Source: Eledone cirrhosa (taxonomy: Eukaryota). Taken from it: 64,000 bases of DNA. Numbering within the stretch: position 1 is the stretch's first letter; every line of letters begins with the position of its first letter. The notes below the pieces were generated by a model. That model had not been told where the DNA came from, searched no databases, and saw nothing but the letters and a program-made list of their open reading frames with translations. The translations under genes were made by a program, and so were the position numbers. The stretch spans positions 37,882,001 to 37,946,000 of the forward strand of contig OZ024747.1 of NCBI GenBank assembly GCA_964016885.1. The letters are read 5' to 3'. Positions 42,457-54,610 of the stretch are shown here, in pieces.

Positions 42457-42620
<164 letters not shown>

Positions 42621-42625
42621 ATACA

Positions 42626-42661
42626 TCTTTTGATGAAGGACTTGTATCCGAAACGTTAAGA
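42626..42661 (+). ncRNA. Minimal type I hammerhead ribozyme motif (C3U variant), solitary
   Basis: TCTT-TTGATGA-A-GGA-cttgta-TCC-GAAACGTT-AAGA: stem I TCTT/AAGA, stem II GGA/TCC, palindromic AACGTT stem III. Confidence 0.6.
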
Positions 42662-42742
42662 CTCTTTTCCTTCTATATCGTTAAACTAATATATTTCTAC
42701 ATTGCCTTGTTGTTTGGTTTGTTGTTTTTGTTTACGTTTGGC

Positions 42743-42775
<33 letters not shown>

Positions 42776-43961
42776 TATATATATGTGTATATACACACAC
42801 ATATATATCTACGTGCATCCACACATACACATTTTTGTCTATCTAATGAAGATATAGAAGGTGCAATGTCTCACAGTTATTTACCAACTACATCTCAATG
42901 GAGATTCACAGGACTTTGCTAGTTGTTAATAACAACAGCTTTATATATTTTGTTTGTTGTGTGTTTTTGTGTTTGTGTGTGTGAATGTAAGTGGGCGAGC
43001 GTATTTGATAATGTTAATATAAGGGATGTAGAATTTGTGTGAATATATATATATACCACAAATAAATGCATACACACAAACAAACATGCACATGCACATA
43101 CAGCTACACACATATAAAGACACACTAGCTTTGCGCTAGGATTTCTAAATGATGTTTCAATATGATGTACAATGGCCTATAGCTTTATAGCACATGAATC
43201 GGAAATACATATGTAGTAGCGAAACAGTATAGTAATACAGTACATGTTATAGTACATATTATATTAAATATAAACTCTTACACCTCGAGTAAAATGTCTG
43301 CTCCAACGAATTCGACGGTTAATGCTAGCTTTACACAAACGTACGTTGATTAACTTCTTATTGTGTCATAGCATTTGTTTGCATTGATATAATATTCTCA
43401 CCACAGTTATTAATCTATCCGTTATGTTTGTCTAACGTATCTATGCTGGCAACATATACAAAGAAGTTTTATTTCGATGCAAATCTTTCAAATAACAGTA
43501 ACACTAGCACTAGCATAGCGTAATTCACAATAGAGATACAAACGATGTATTTATGCACATATGTCTTTGTATATGAAGGTATACACGATATGTTCACGCA
43601 TAATAAACATATATATGTCTTGCTAAGTTGGTTTTAAGCTGTTAGTATATCACGACTATTTTAGTAGCTACGGCAAAACATCGGATGCTAGTGTTCCAGG
43701 ATATTCTACCCATAAATATAGCGTACATGACTTAATGTATAATTCTATTATAATTCATGCTATATTAATGCAACTGTTAATTAATTCTAGCTAGTCAAGC
43801 TCACACTATATGCACATGAGCATCTCCAGCATAACATGTATATAAGCTATAACTATTTTAATTTCAGTATTGTTGTAAACCTCATTGATGAGGTCGCTGT
43901 ATTTTCATCTGTGAAAGCTGTTTGATTTTAACCTGTATTTTAACATATATTTTCCGGGAAA

Positions 43962-44225
43962 GCACTTGACTTAGTAGTTAGGACATTGTGCTTGTAATCG
44001 GGGGGTTAAGTTCGATTCTCGAGTGATGCGTTTTTTCCTTGAGCAAGGCACTTTATTTTGCGTTGCTCCAGTTTACTCAACTATAGAAATGATTTGTAAC
44101 GTCACTGGTGCCATGCTGTATCGGTGGTTGCCTTTCCCTCGGTGACTTGGAGAGGGGAGGCTGCTTGTGCCTCGGAGGGAAACATTCGAGGTGCAAATCT
44201 CATGGTCATTTGTGACCGAAGGTTT
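43962..44225 (+). mobile_element. SINE family B
   Basis: GACTTAGTAGTTAGG...GTTCGATTCTC...CCTTGAGCAAGGCACTTTATTT.CGTTGCTCCA, shared with the copy at 25340. Confidence 0.7.
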
Positions 44226-44520
44226 TTTTTACCTTTTCTCTGTGGCTTATTCTATTAATCAATATGTTTCAATATATCTTTGGTATAATACGATGCATCG
44301 CTTACTTTTGAGAATTTATTTTATCCAGTGTCATTATGTCGAATTGTCTGATAGATAAGTCATTTTAAAACTGAACTATATCTCCTCAGTCCTTATATGC
44401 TGATGTGACTATATTTCACCTAAGAGGGTTTCTTAGACTGAAGCATGTCCGGAGTTGACACCGTAAGTGCAAAGCAGATAGGTTCCACACTGAATATTTT
44501 CATTTCAGTATTAATCGAAT

Positions 44521-45163
44521 TAATCGGTAGAGCGTCGGACATGTTCAAATGAGTTCAAATGCCGAGGAGCTAGCTTTGCTTTCATAGTTACGGAGTCGAT
44601 ATGATAACTACTAGTAACGTTCTGGAGGTGATTTAATCGACTTTCCCCTTCGTTTGAAATTACTGGCCTTGTGTCAAAAGTAGAAACAATCATTAATCAA
44701 AAGATGGGCAGAGGATTGGCAGTATCTGTAGAGCGTCAGACAACATGCTTTGTGGAATATAGTTATGGCCCTTTAGGTTCTGAGTTCAAACCCCACCGAG
44801 GTTCGCTTTTCTCATTCATCCTTACAGAGTCAATAAAATAAAGTACCAGTAATGCACTGGAGTTGATTTAATCGACTTCCTTCTTCCCCCAAATTGTTGG
44901 CAATGTGCTTAAATCAGAAGTCATTATTGTTCAAATGAAGGTTGGGGGATTGACAGTATCGGTAGAGCGTTGGACAACCTGCTTTGATGCATAGAGTTAC
45001 ACCCCTTTACGTTCTGAATTCAAATCCTACCGAGGTTAGCTTTGCCTTTTCATTCTTCCTGGGTCGATAAAATAAATTACCAGTCACATACTGGGGTCAA
45101 GTTAATCAATTTTTCACCTTCCCTTCAAATTGCTGGCCTTGTGCCAAACGTAGAAACAATTAT
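44521..45163 (+). mobile_element. Three tandem diverged SINE family A copies
   Basis: Three TCGGTAGAGCGT...GAGTTCAAA...TAGAAACAAT-like units separated by ATTAATCAAA-like sequence. Confidence 0.85.
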
Positions 45164-45390
45164 TAATCAAATTAGATTTCCACATTTCTCTTATTTAGAA
45201 AAGTTACATTAACGCAAATAAATTTTCTGTTCATTAGGGCTGAATTTTAATTGATTAAACATTGATGGAAATCGTTTGGCTCATTAAACTAATTATGTTA
45301 ACCTACACTTAACTATAATTTTTGGTATGAGCTGAGATAATTACTTCATCGTAATTAGTATTTTCACGATTACAATGGTCACGCGGCGAA

Positions 45391-45459
<69 letters not shown>

Positions 45460-45589
45460 CATGAGAAGAAAGAATACTCCGTGGTTGCACATGGGTTACA
45501 TATGATAAAAATAGTCCTTCGTCAGTATATATATATATATATTTAAATATATACTCTGTATATATTTGGACAAATATGAATATCTGGTT

Positions 45590-46440
45590 TAATAACAGGC
45601 TTCTAGCTACATTTAAAAGTACTTTAGATACTTAAGGACATTCTAGTGTTATAATTGATAAATATTTTCTAAATTATATAACGATTATTATTTTTTTATT
45701 TAATTAAATTCGGGTTACCTTCGGGTCGATGAAAATCTTAAGTTTTCTCTTTCTCATGTTTGCAGACACTTTAAATATGATACTATACTACTATATAGAT
45801 CCTTAAACATTTTCTTGTATTTTAAATTATATAGCTTAAATATTTGGCCCTTATATGATCGCAAACAATTTACTTATTTATTTTGAATCTGGTTCGTTTC
45901 CTTATGATTCATGAAATTTTTATTGTATATATGTATTACATGTTCCTAAGATACAATAATTGATCTAAAACCTTAATTGTAATTAATATTAATTAATTGT
46001 AATTAATGTTAACAGTAATTTATTTATTATATTATATTATATTATGTTATGTATAACTGACTAATATCGTCTTGAACTTTAGACAATATACTCTTTGTAT
46101 ATATTCAGACAAATGCATGTATCAAATTTAATAACTTTTTAAAGTTTAATTATAAGGCCTTTAGATGCTTTAGGGCATTCTAATTATTAATTTAAAATTT
46201 TTAAAGTTATAACTGTAATTATTTTCTAAATTATATAATGAGAATTATTTTAGTATGGGAAAATAATATAAGATAATATAATTTAATATGGTTTACCTTC
46301 GTGTGGATGAAAATATTAAGTTTCTTTCGCATGTTTGAAAATACTTTAAATATGATTTTATAATTAAATATGTTAGTATACTTTAATATTAATATAGACA
46401 TTTATAAACTTTTATAGCCTGAAATATTATACCTTTAGAT
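45590..46440. repeat. Diverged AT-rich duplication (~560-bp period)
   Basis: TATTTTCTAAATTATATAA, TTACCTTCG.GT.GATGAAAAT.TTAAG and ACTTTAAATATGAT each occur twice. Confidence 0.65.
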
Positions 46441-46979
46441 TAATCCATTATTCTGAACTAACATCAGGAATTCGAAATTTAACGGTCAGCCGGATAAGTT
46501 TGTATATATATAGTGTATATAAATAATTGTTAATATATTTCTTATTAATTGAGGACTCGAAATTAAACCCTCATATAATTACACCCAGATATATTTAATA
46601 TTTAGATAGATGCATACTTCTAGATAATTCAAATATTCGAGTTTACTCTTTCACATAGCTATGCCTAAATGTATATTCATGTATTTATCTATGCTTTATA
46701 CTATAAAATTATTCCCCTTTGTCTCTATATCCTTGATCAATTCTCTTTTGCTTTCTATACTTCTAGTAACTATATTTTCTCCTCATCTGTTTCTCTCTGT
46801 CTTTCTTCTTTCTTTCTTCTTTCTTCAATAATTTAAATTATTTGAATCTCTAACAGTTATGTACATTGCTATTATGTATTTTTAAGCTTTCTCACACGCA
46901 CCCTCTGTATTATATGTAAATTTTTTCATGTCTCAATCTTAAGGTATATAAATATTGATTCTTGTCATATCATATTCAC

Positions 46980-47170
46980 TACCATGACTGAATCTTAACC
47001 ATCTACTATGTCAGGGTATGTCATGCATCATCTTATTTTATCTGATGAGGACGTACTGTTGAAGATAGTTCAGTTTCTGATGCTATTGCTCGGCAATTAT
47101 TGTGTTTAATGAAGTTGTGATTTACAGATATCGATAGGATCTCGTCGCTTACGTACTAAAACAATTACAA
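46980..47170 (+). mobile_element. PLE pseudo-LTR-like dispersed repeat with a degenerate hammerhead
   Basis: 46980-47062 matches 58871-58954. CTGATGAGGACGTA ... TACGTACTAAAAC looks like a decayed CTGATGA/stem II/GAAAC. Confidence 0.45.
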
Positions 47171-48259
47171 ATACCAGAGAACTACGTTGCTTGATTAATT
47201 GCTTAATGGCGTGGTTAACTCTGGTTAATATTAAAGACGTGAAAATATATTTCTGGTTGAGTGTATCGTATGTTAGCAAATATATCTCTTGTACAACGAA
47301 CATGTTTTGATTAAAAAAATGTTTAAAGTCTGTCTTCAGCTCGGAGGCTCTTTAGGTTTCCATGGAGGTAAACGACTGAGAGTACAGGGCCCTTCCCAGA
47401 ACTCACGACACCTAAGTCCAACACCTTACCACTAGGCCACGCGCCTCCATCAGCGCTTCGATTGGCGTGATGTTTTGCCCCAAATACGTTTTATCAAATT
47501 TCTGGCGATAATCCACTGAAAACCAATGGATGTTGTCCTTATTTTATCAATACAGATAAGTCAGATACAAACATCATGGAAGGGGGGCAATCGAAATGAA
47601 CGCGCACGCAGAAAATCACAGATATATACATTCGAAAATATACAGACCCTTAGACATACAAACACAAACATTAAACACACGAACATATGTGTATTTCATA
47701 TTTCATATGAAATTTCATATTTCATATTTCATATGAAATACACATATACTGTACTTAAACTTGAATGCGAATACAAAATTAACACTCAGTCAAAACATAC
47801 AATAACTGACCCACATACAGTCATGTATACAATGACGATGCGTAGACACATTCGCAACACACATACACACTATGAAACATGCATACACATAAACACACAA
47901 ACAAGGTAGAAGGAACACATATGCATATACAAACAAATATATATGGAGGAATTAGTATAGCAAAAGTGCACATATATTAGTGAAGTTTCAGAGTTTTTAT
48001 TTTCTCTTGGAAATTCTTTTCTTTCATTTCATAGAAATAATGCTGAATTTACTCTCACTTTACTTTCACACTTTTAGCACACTAAAATAAGGCAATATAT
48101 ATATATATATACAAATAAATATACAGCGAGAATCGCATTTCTGCGGGCAGGAAAGGCGAAGCGAAACACAAAAATCAGAAATGACACTGGCAAAGTGCTC
48201 AATAGTTAAAAACCAGAGCTAAAGAATGTGTTAAGAAGCCATACTAAGCTGAAAAGGTG

Positions 48260-48310
<51 letters not shown>

Positions 48311-48315
<5 letters not shown>

Positions 48316-48638
48316 TTAGGTCGTTTGGAAGCCTCGACAATGCAAATGGGTAAATCTCCGGGTAACATGATCCGGTGGTGGAGAGAGAGATGTTAGTGGG
48401 TGTACGTTGAGATACGTGGTGTGTATAAGACGTGTAGAGGAATGAAGTAAAGAGTATAAAGGATAAAATAAAAATAACAACACGAGAGAGAGTTACTTTG
48501 GGAAAAATTTAATTGTCCCTATATATTTCGGATTCACATCCATCAACTGGGTTTTTTTTCCGGAGTGGGGGAAAGGTTGTCTGTCGGAAAGGAGATTTAC
48601 CCATTTGCATTGTCGAGGCTTCAAACGACTTAAAGATA
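48311..48638. repeat. ~49-bp inverted repeats around ~230 bp; probable PLE pLTR remnant
   Basis: 48311-48359 is the near reverse complement of 48591-48638. The interior on the minus strand contains GGATGTGAATCC-GAAATATATA-GGG, a hammerhead 3' half. Confidence 0.65.
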
Positions 48639-48755
48639 TTTACCTATTATTCCACAATGCTTCAATCAAACTTCAATACTCTCATATATATATATATTTC
48701 GTTTCTGAATTTGTTTAGCAAGATTCTTTATCTGAAAACGTGTGTTGATACCGAT

Positions 48756-51700
48756 ATTGTTATACTTTGGAAGGGTCATGTTGCCAATAAGAAACACACG
48801 CACCAGTGCTTTCACTCCAATTTATTATAAATTAAATTATAAATTTAAATAATTTATAAATTTCCGGTTGGTTGGTTGGTTCCACGACCGCATGGTTCTT
48901 TATATATTGTCAAAGTTCTTTCATCACATATTCTGTGAGGGGATTCTTTTTTTTATTTTGTGCCACTCTTTTGTTCTTTCCTACGCCATCTTGTTTTTGT
49001 GTGTGTTGTGTGCTTAGTTTGCGCATGTGTTGCATCCGGGTATCTGTGTGTGTTTTTATTTGTTTATTTATTTGTTTATTTACATGTTACTAGTTGGTTG
49101 TTTGATCTATGTGTGTGTGTTTTCATTTTGTCCTTAATTGTACGTCGTGATGTTGCTATTCCATTCATGTTTTCTATTTAAATTTGGTTGGAGTTCATTT
49201 ATGTTTATTGCCTCTGTGATTTGTGTAAACATTGCGTCTTTTCTGTGTGTAGATTTTATTTTTGTTTCTATGTTCTCTAATTTGCCCTTATGTTCTATTT
49301 TAGCATGTTAGTGGAGCACTGATGAGTCTTTTCTATCTTGAAGCTCTCGCCAGTGTTCATTTAATCGTTCTCCTATGCTACGAGCTGTCTCACCTATGTA
49401 CATTATATTCTTATCTTTACATTGTCCCTCAGTACATCTTATGCTATATAATATGTTTCTAGTTTTGCAGTTAATATGATGGCTTAGTTTACGGATTATG
49501 CATTTCTTATCTATATAGTGAGGTCTTTGAAAAGGGCATGTATTATTAATAAGTGTTTTTATGGAGGTACCTGGTCTTTCCACTATCTTAATATTTAGTT
49601 TAAGTTTATCTAGGGCCCTTCTAAATTTGTAAGCTAGTTCACCTATAGGGGTTGTATTGATGAACATTGCACTCTGGTATTTATTGCTATCATACCATGA
49701 GTTTATTCTATTAACCTTATTCCTACTTCTTTCTATACTATTCCAAAATTTGCTCCTATACAAGGGGCAGGTCCCATTTCTATTATAATTTACCATTTTT
49801 TCCCATTTGGTTCTGGTTCCTCTATATACTCTGATTTTATCTCTCTGATTGTAACCAGAGAACTGCATACGGTGGATGAAGTGTTGTATGTGTCTGTCTA
49901 GTTCTTTGGGGTTGCACATGTGGGACACGTTCCTCATCACCCGTCCTAAATCCGCAATCAGTATGTTGATTTTGGTGTGATCCGAAACAGCTGAGTTTCG
50001 GTGGATCATGTATTTGAAAGTCAAGGGTTTGGCATAATGGGAATGGAGGATTTGTTTTTTGTTATTAATGGTTTCTAACCAGAGCTCTGTGTCTAGTACA
50101 GGTAATCGATGGTTGGGGTGTTTGCTTGGGTAGTCTATAGTAACTCTAATACTCTGGTGGATGCAGCTAGCTATTTGCTGGATGCTTTCCATGGTGTTTT
50201 TCTCTAATTCCTGACTGTTCTCTAGTTGGGCTCTTTTTACTACGATGTTTTATCATCAACGTAGCGAGATTACATTATCAGGGTTAAGAGGTTGCTGTCT
50301 TCTAATTGTTCTTTAAGTTTATTGTCCCACCATACCATGAATAGGTTAGCTATGTCACCTGCAATGCTAACACCAATGGCTGCTCCCTCCTCTTGGGCAT
50401 ATGTTTTTTCATTAAATTTGAAAATATGTACCTTAAGGGTTAGTTTTATACTGGCCCCCACCGTATGTGCAATCATTTGCTTTAGTTCATCATTGTTTTC
50501 GGGGGGTACCGTATGGCTCTGGTCCACCCGCTCCATCTCTCTGCGTGAGTTTTCTTGGTCATTGAGCTAATGGTAGGTGGTCTGCCTCTTGCTGGCCTTG
50601 TGAAGCAGAGGTTGTTAAGGTCATACGTATCTAGATAATCATTATTATATGTAAGTTTAAGTAGGAGTCCCAGCTCACTGGTATCAATCACACGGAATTC
50701 AACATTGCTCTCACTGATCATTTCCACGCATTTCTCCCCAGCAAAATCCACGTCAATGGATGGGTATAGGGACACTACATCCATACTACCTATTATACAG
50801 TCTGTTAGGTCCCTAGACAGGTTATTTTCGCTGATTCTTCTGAAGAGGTCCTCCGTGCTGTCACATATATCCGGCGACATTTCAATGATGGGGCGTACGA
50901 TCTGGGAGAGGAAGTAGGAAAGTGTGTAGTTGCTAGCAATGTTAGCTCCACAGACTGGCCGTGATGGTGGTCCCGTAACTGGGTCACTATTCGTCTTATG
51001 GTCTTTTCAAAGCCCATACAACACTGGCACGTCATTGTTCCAGGCCTGGAAGTTGTTGGCAGTCCGTTTATTGGGCTGCGTTATGTTTGTCCACATCATC
51101 ATATGAGCGTTGAGGGTTTTCTCCCTATCCTCATGCTCTTGTGGTTTTACTTCTCTTGTGTTAGTGATGTGGTGTTGAATTGCCTGGATGTAGTTTGACA
51201 GACTGTCAACCGACATTCTGTCAGACTTGTCTGTTGGAAAGCATGCAATCTCTCCATTACGTGAGCGCTGCATGAGCTTACGCAAGCCATTTGCATATTT
51301 TTCTCCCAGTTGCTGGGCCTCCATTCTATTTTGCTTTTTGCAATACTGTTCTTTAATATTTCTAAGTTTAGATCTAGTTATATTAAATTGTGCTTCTGTT
51401 AGTTCATCGACCTGCGACGGCAATTGTGTGCGTTTGTTAAAAGCTAAAGCGTGGCGTGGACTCGTCGTAAGTCGAAGGACATATCAGAAGGGTTATAAAA
51501 AATGGAATTCCAGGTTTCAAAGAACTCCCTGTATAGACAAGAAATGCATAATCTGTAAACTAAGACCCCATATTAACTGCAAAACTAGAAACATAGTATA
51601 TAGCATAAGATGTACTGAGGGACAATGTAAAGATAAGAATATAATGTACATAGGTGAGACAGCTCGTAGCATAGAAGAACGATTAAATGAACACTGGCGA

Positions 51701-52280
51701 GAATTACAAGATAGAAAAGACTCATCAGTGCTCCACCAACATGCTAAAATAGAATATAAGGGCAAATTAGAGAACATAGAAATAAAAATAAAATCTACAC
51801 ACAGAAAAGACGCAATGTTTACACAAATCACAGAGGCAATAAACATAAATGAACTCCAACCAAATTTAAATAGAAAACATGAATGGAATAGCAACATCAC
51901 AACTTACAATTAAGGATAAAATGAAAACACACACACATAGAACAAACAACCAACTAGTAACATGTAAATAAACAAATAAATAAATAAAAACACACACAGA
52001 CACCCGGATGTAACACATGCGCAAACTAAGCACACAACACACACAAAAACAAGATGGCGTAGGACAGAACAAAGAAGAGGCACAAAACAAAGAAAAGAAT
52101 CCCCGGTCACTGATGAGGTCACAGAATGTGTGACGAAAGAACTTTGACAATATATGAACAACCATCCGGTCGTGGAACCAACCAACCAACCGGGAATTTA
52201 TAAATTATTTAAATTTATAACTTAACTTATAATAAAGTGGAGTGAAAGCAACTGGTGCGTGTGTTACTTATTGGCAACAT

Positions 52281-52283
<3 letters not shown>
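48756..52283 (-). mobile_element. Penelope-like element (RT + GIY-YIG) with an inverted copy of its 3' part
   Basis: Minus strand: PTDKS, SMDVVSLYPSID, GAAIG, RYVDD, LPVLD and LYSIRC...YIGETARS..RLNEH. 48756-49533 is mirrored at 51514-52283. Confidence 0.92.
52106..52148 (+). ncRNA. Minimal type I hammerhead ribozyme in the PLE pLTR
   Basis: GTCA-CTGATGA-G-GTCACA-gaatg-TGTGAC-GAAAG-aa-CTT-TGAC. Confidence 0.8.
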
Positions 52284-52519
<236 letters not shown>

Positions 52520-52623
52520 CTAGAAGATAGCACCCCAACATAATTTTTTATCATAATAATTGTAACATTTAATTCATATTGTGGCAGCCTTCAAACAAAA
52601 CAGAGTTACGCCCCTTTTCGGTA

Positions 52624-52742
52624 TGAGTTCAAATCCCGCCAAGGTTAACTTGGCCTTTCATCCTTACGAGGTCGATAAAATAAATACCAGTAATGCACTG
52701 GGATAATTGCCTGCCATGTGCCAAAAGTAGAAACAATTATTA
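52624..52742 (+). mobile_element. 5'-truncated SINE family A
   Basis: TGAGTTCAAATCCCGCC...GCCTTTCATCCTTACG...GTAGAAACAATTATTA. Confidence 0.8.
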
Positions 52743-52818
52743 CATATGACTTATCTTTAGAAATGATGAGCGGTTATGTAATTATTGAAAATTTAGAAGC
52801 TTCTATATTTTCAAGAAG

Positions 52819-52875
<57 letters not shown>

Positions 52876-54520
52876 AATGTAGATACAAGCTTACACACAC
52901 CTGCATGTATTGGTGCGATAGGTAGATAGAGGAGGGGAGAAAGAGGGAGGGAGAGAGAGAAAAAGGAAAGATTTCTGGAATGTAGTGCCACTGATTAAGA
53001 TTATGAAAAATGCGGCTAATACGGGAGATAATTTGAATGAGATAGATGATTGAAATAAAATTTTATATTTCAACCTTGCTCGTTGTATTTGGATTTTAAA
53101 CACACCTATAGGGAGTTTTGTTTTCTAATTGCTTGGGTAATCACAGTTGATCGAAGATTCTCAAATTTCAATTTTACAAATATGAAACCCAACATTATTT
53201 ATATTGTGTATGCAGAACGTCCCCCTTCAGCCATATAGTTGAAGTTTTAGTAACACATTACTGGGCTTTACGAACATGTGTTCAGAATATAAACGGAAAT
53301 TTCATTATCAATTAAGAGATAGCTAGATCTGTTTGCAGGCTAATGAGATTCCATTATGCTAACATTATATCTAGATAGGTATGGAAAAAAACAACAATTT
53401 TATTGTTAAAAATCCATTTACACTATAATTAGTTTCTTTGGTTAAGAAGTGCTGCAATGCATTAGCCTACTTTAAGAAAATGGAGAATTAGTATGGGATA
53501 ATAAAGGACATTTATTTGTTCGACTGAACCATTAGTGAATCTTCTTGTCCTCCTCTAGCATTTATATATCCGTACATTTAATCATTTTTTCTAATTTGGC
53601 TTTACTTCCGTGAGAATAATTTTGACATCAATTTAATTTACATTAAGTTTAGTATTTGGATTAAAGTAATGCCTAGGCCCCATATTCAAAGGTCTTAGTC
53701 GATTATATAAAACCCAGTACTAATTTTATCAATTTAATATTTATCGAAAATCAACGTTGCGATTTCTGTTATAAAAGGATGAAAGACTGCAAGCATAAAC
53801 ACACACACGCACAAAGCTCCCCCACACATTCACATGCATGCGTAGATTATATATATATACAAATATAAATTAGCGAGAATCGTATTTGGAAATTAGCGAA
53901 AAACAACTTCCGAGATGTGTGGCAAGCGCTCAATAATTCTAACGAACCAGAGCTACAACATACTTTAAAAGTCCAAACGCACTGAGACGATGGTTAAACC
54001 ATTATCCGCCCAGCCATAGAAACGACCAAGTAATTCGGGTCAAAAAAATAAAAAAATATGATTGAAAAATATGATTGAAAAATATATATATATACATATA
54101 CGATATTAAACAAATGGAAACTATATTTATAAAACCATATTTATTTCGTTATATATATTTCTGGGATATCATATTAAAAATATGTTATGCCTTCCTCAGA
54201 CAAAATACAATACATAAGCTGTTTTATAAATAATTAGTGACATACCTTGTAATAATGCAACTTCCTTTTAAAAAGTTGATTTGGTAGTGAAACTGTTATG
54301 ATAGTTATATAGAAAGAAAACGAAGATGAGAAGAAGGTGAAGAGATGTATGTAAATAAAAAAGAAGAAGATGAAGAGATGTATGCAAAGAGAAAAGAGAT
54401 GTATGTAAAGAAAAACAACGGAGCGAGATAGAGAGACAAGGATAGTGCTGTCGAGTGCTTTTATATCAGTTATAAAATATTTACTCGTTGTAACCCAACA
54501 ATCTTAAATAAAACTTTTGC

Positions 54521-54603
<83 letters not shown>

Positions 54604-54610
<7 letters not shown>

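Noticed and set aside
49308-51913. Selenocysteine-type recoding in the PLE GIY-YIG domain, as in some Naiad PLEs
   Set aside because: The conserved Cys positions are read as Cys in open frames, with no in-frame TGA there.
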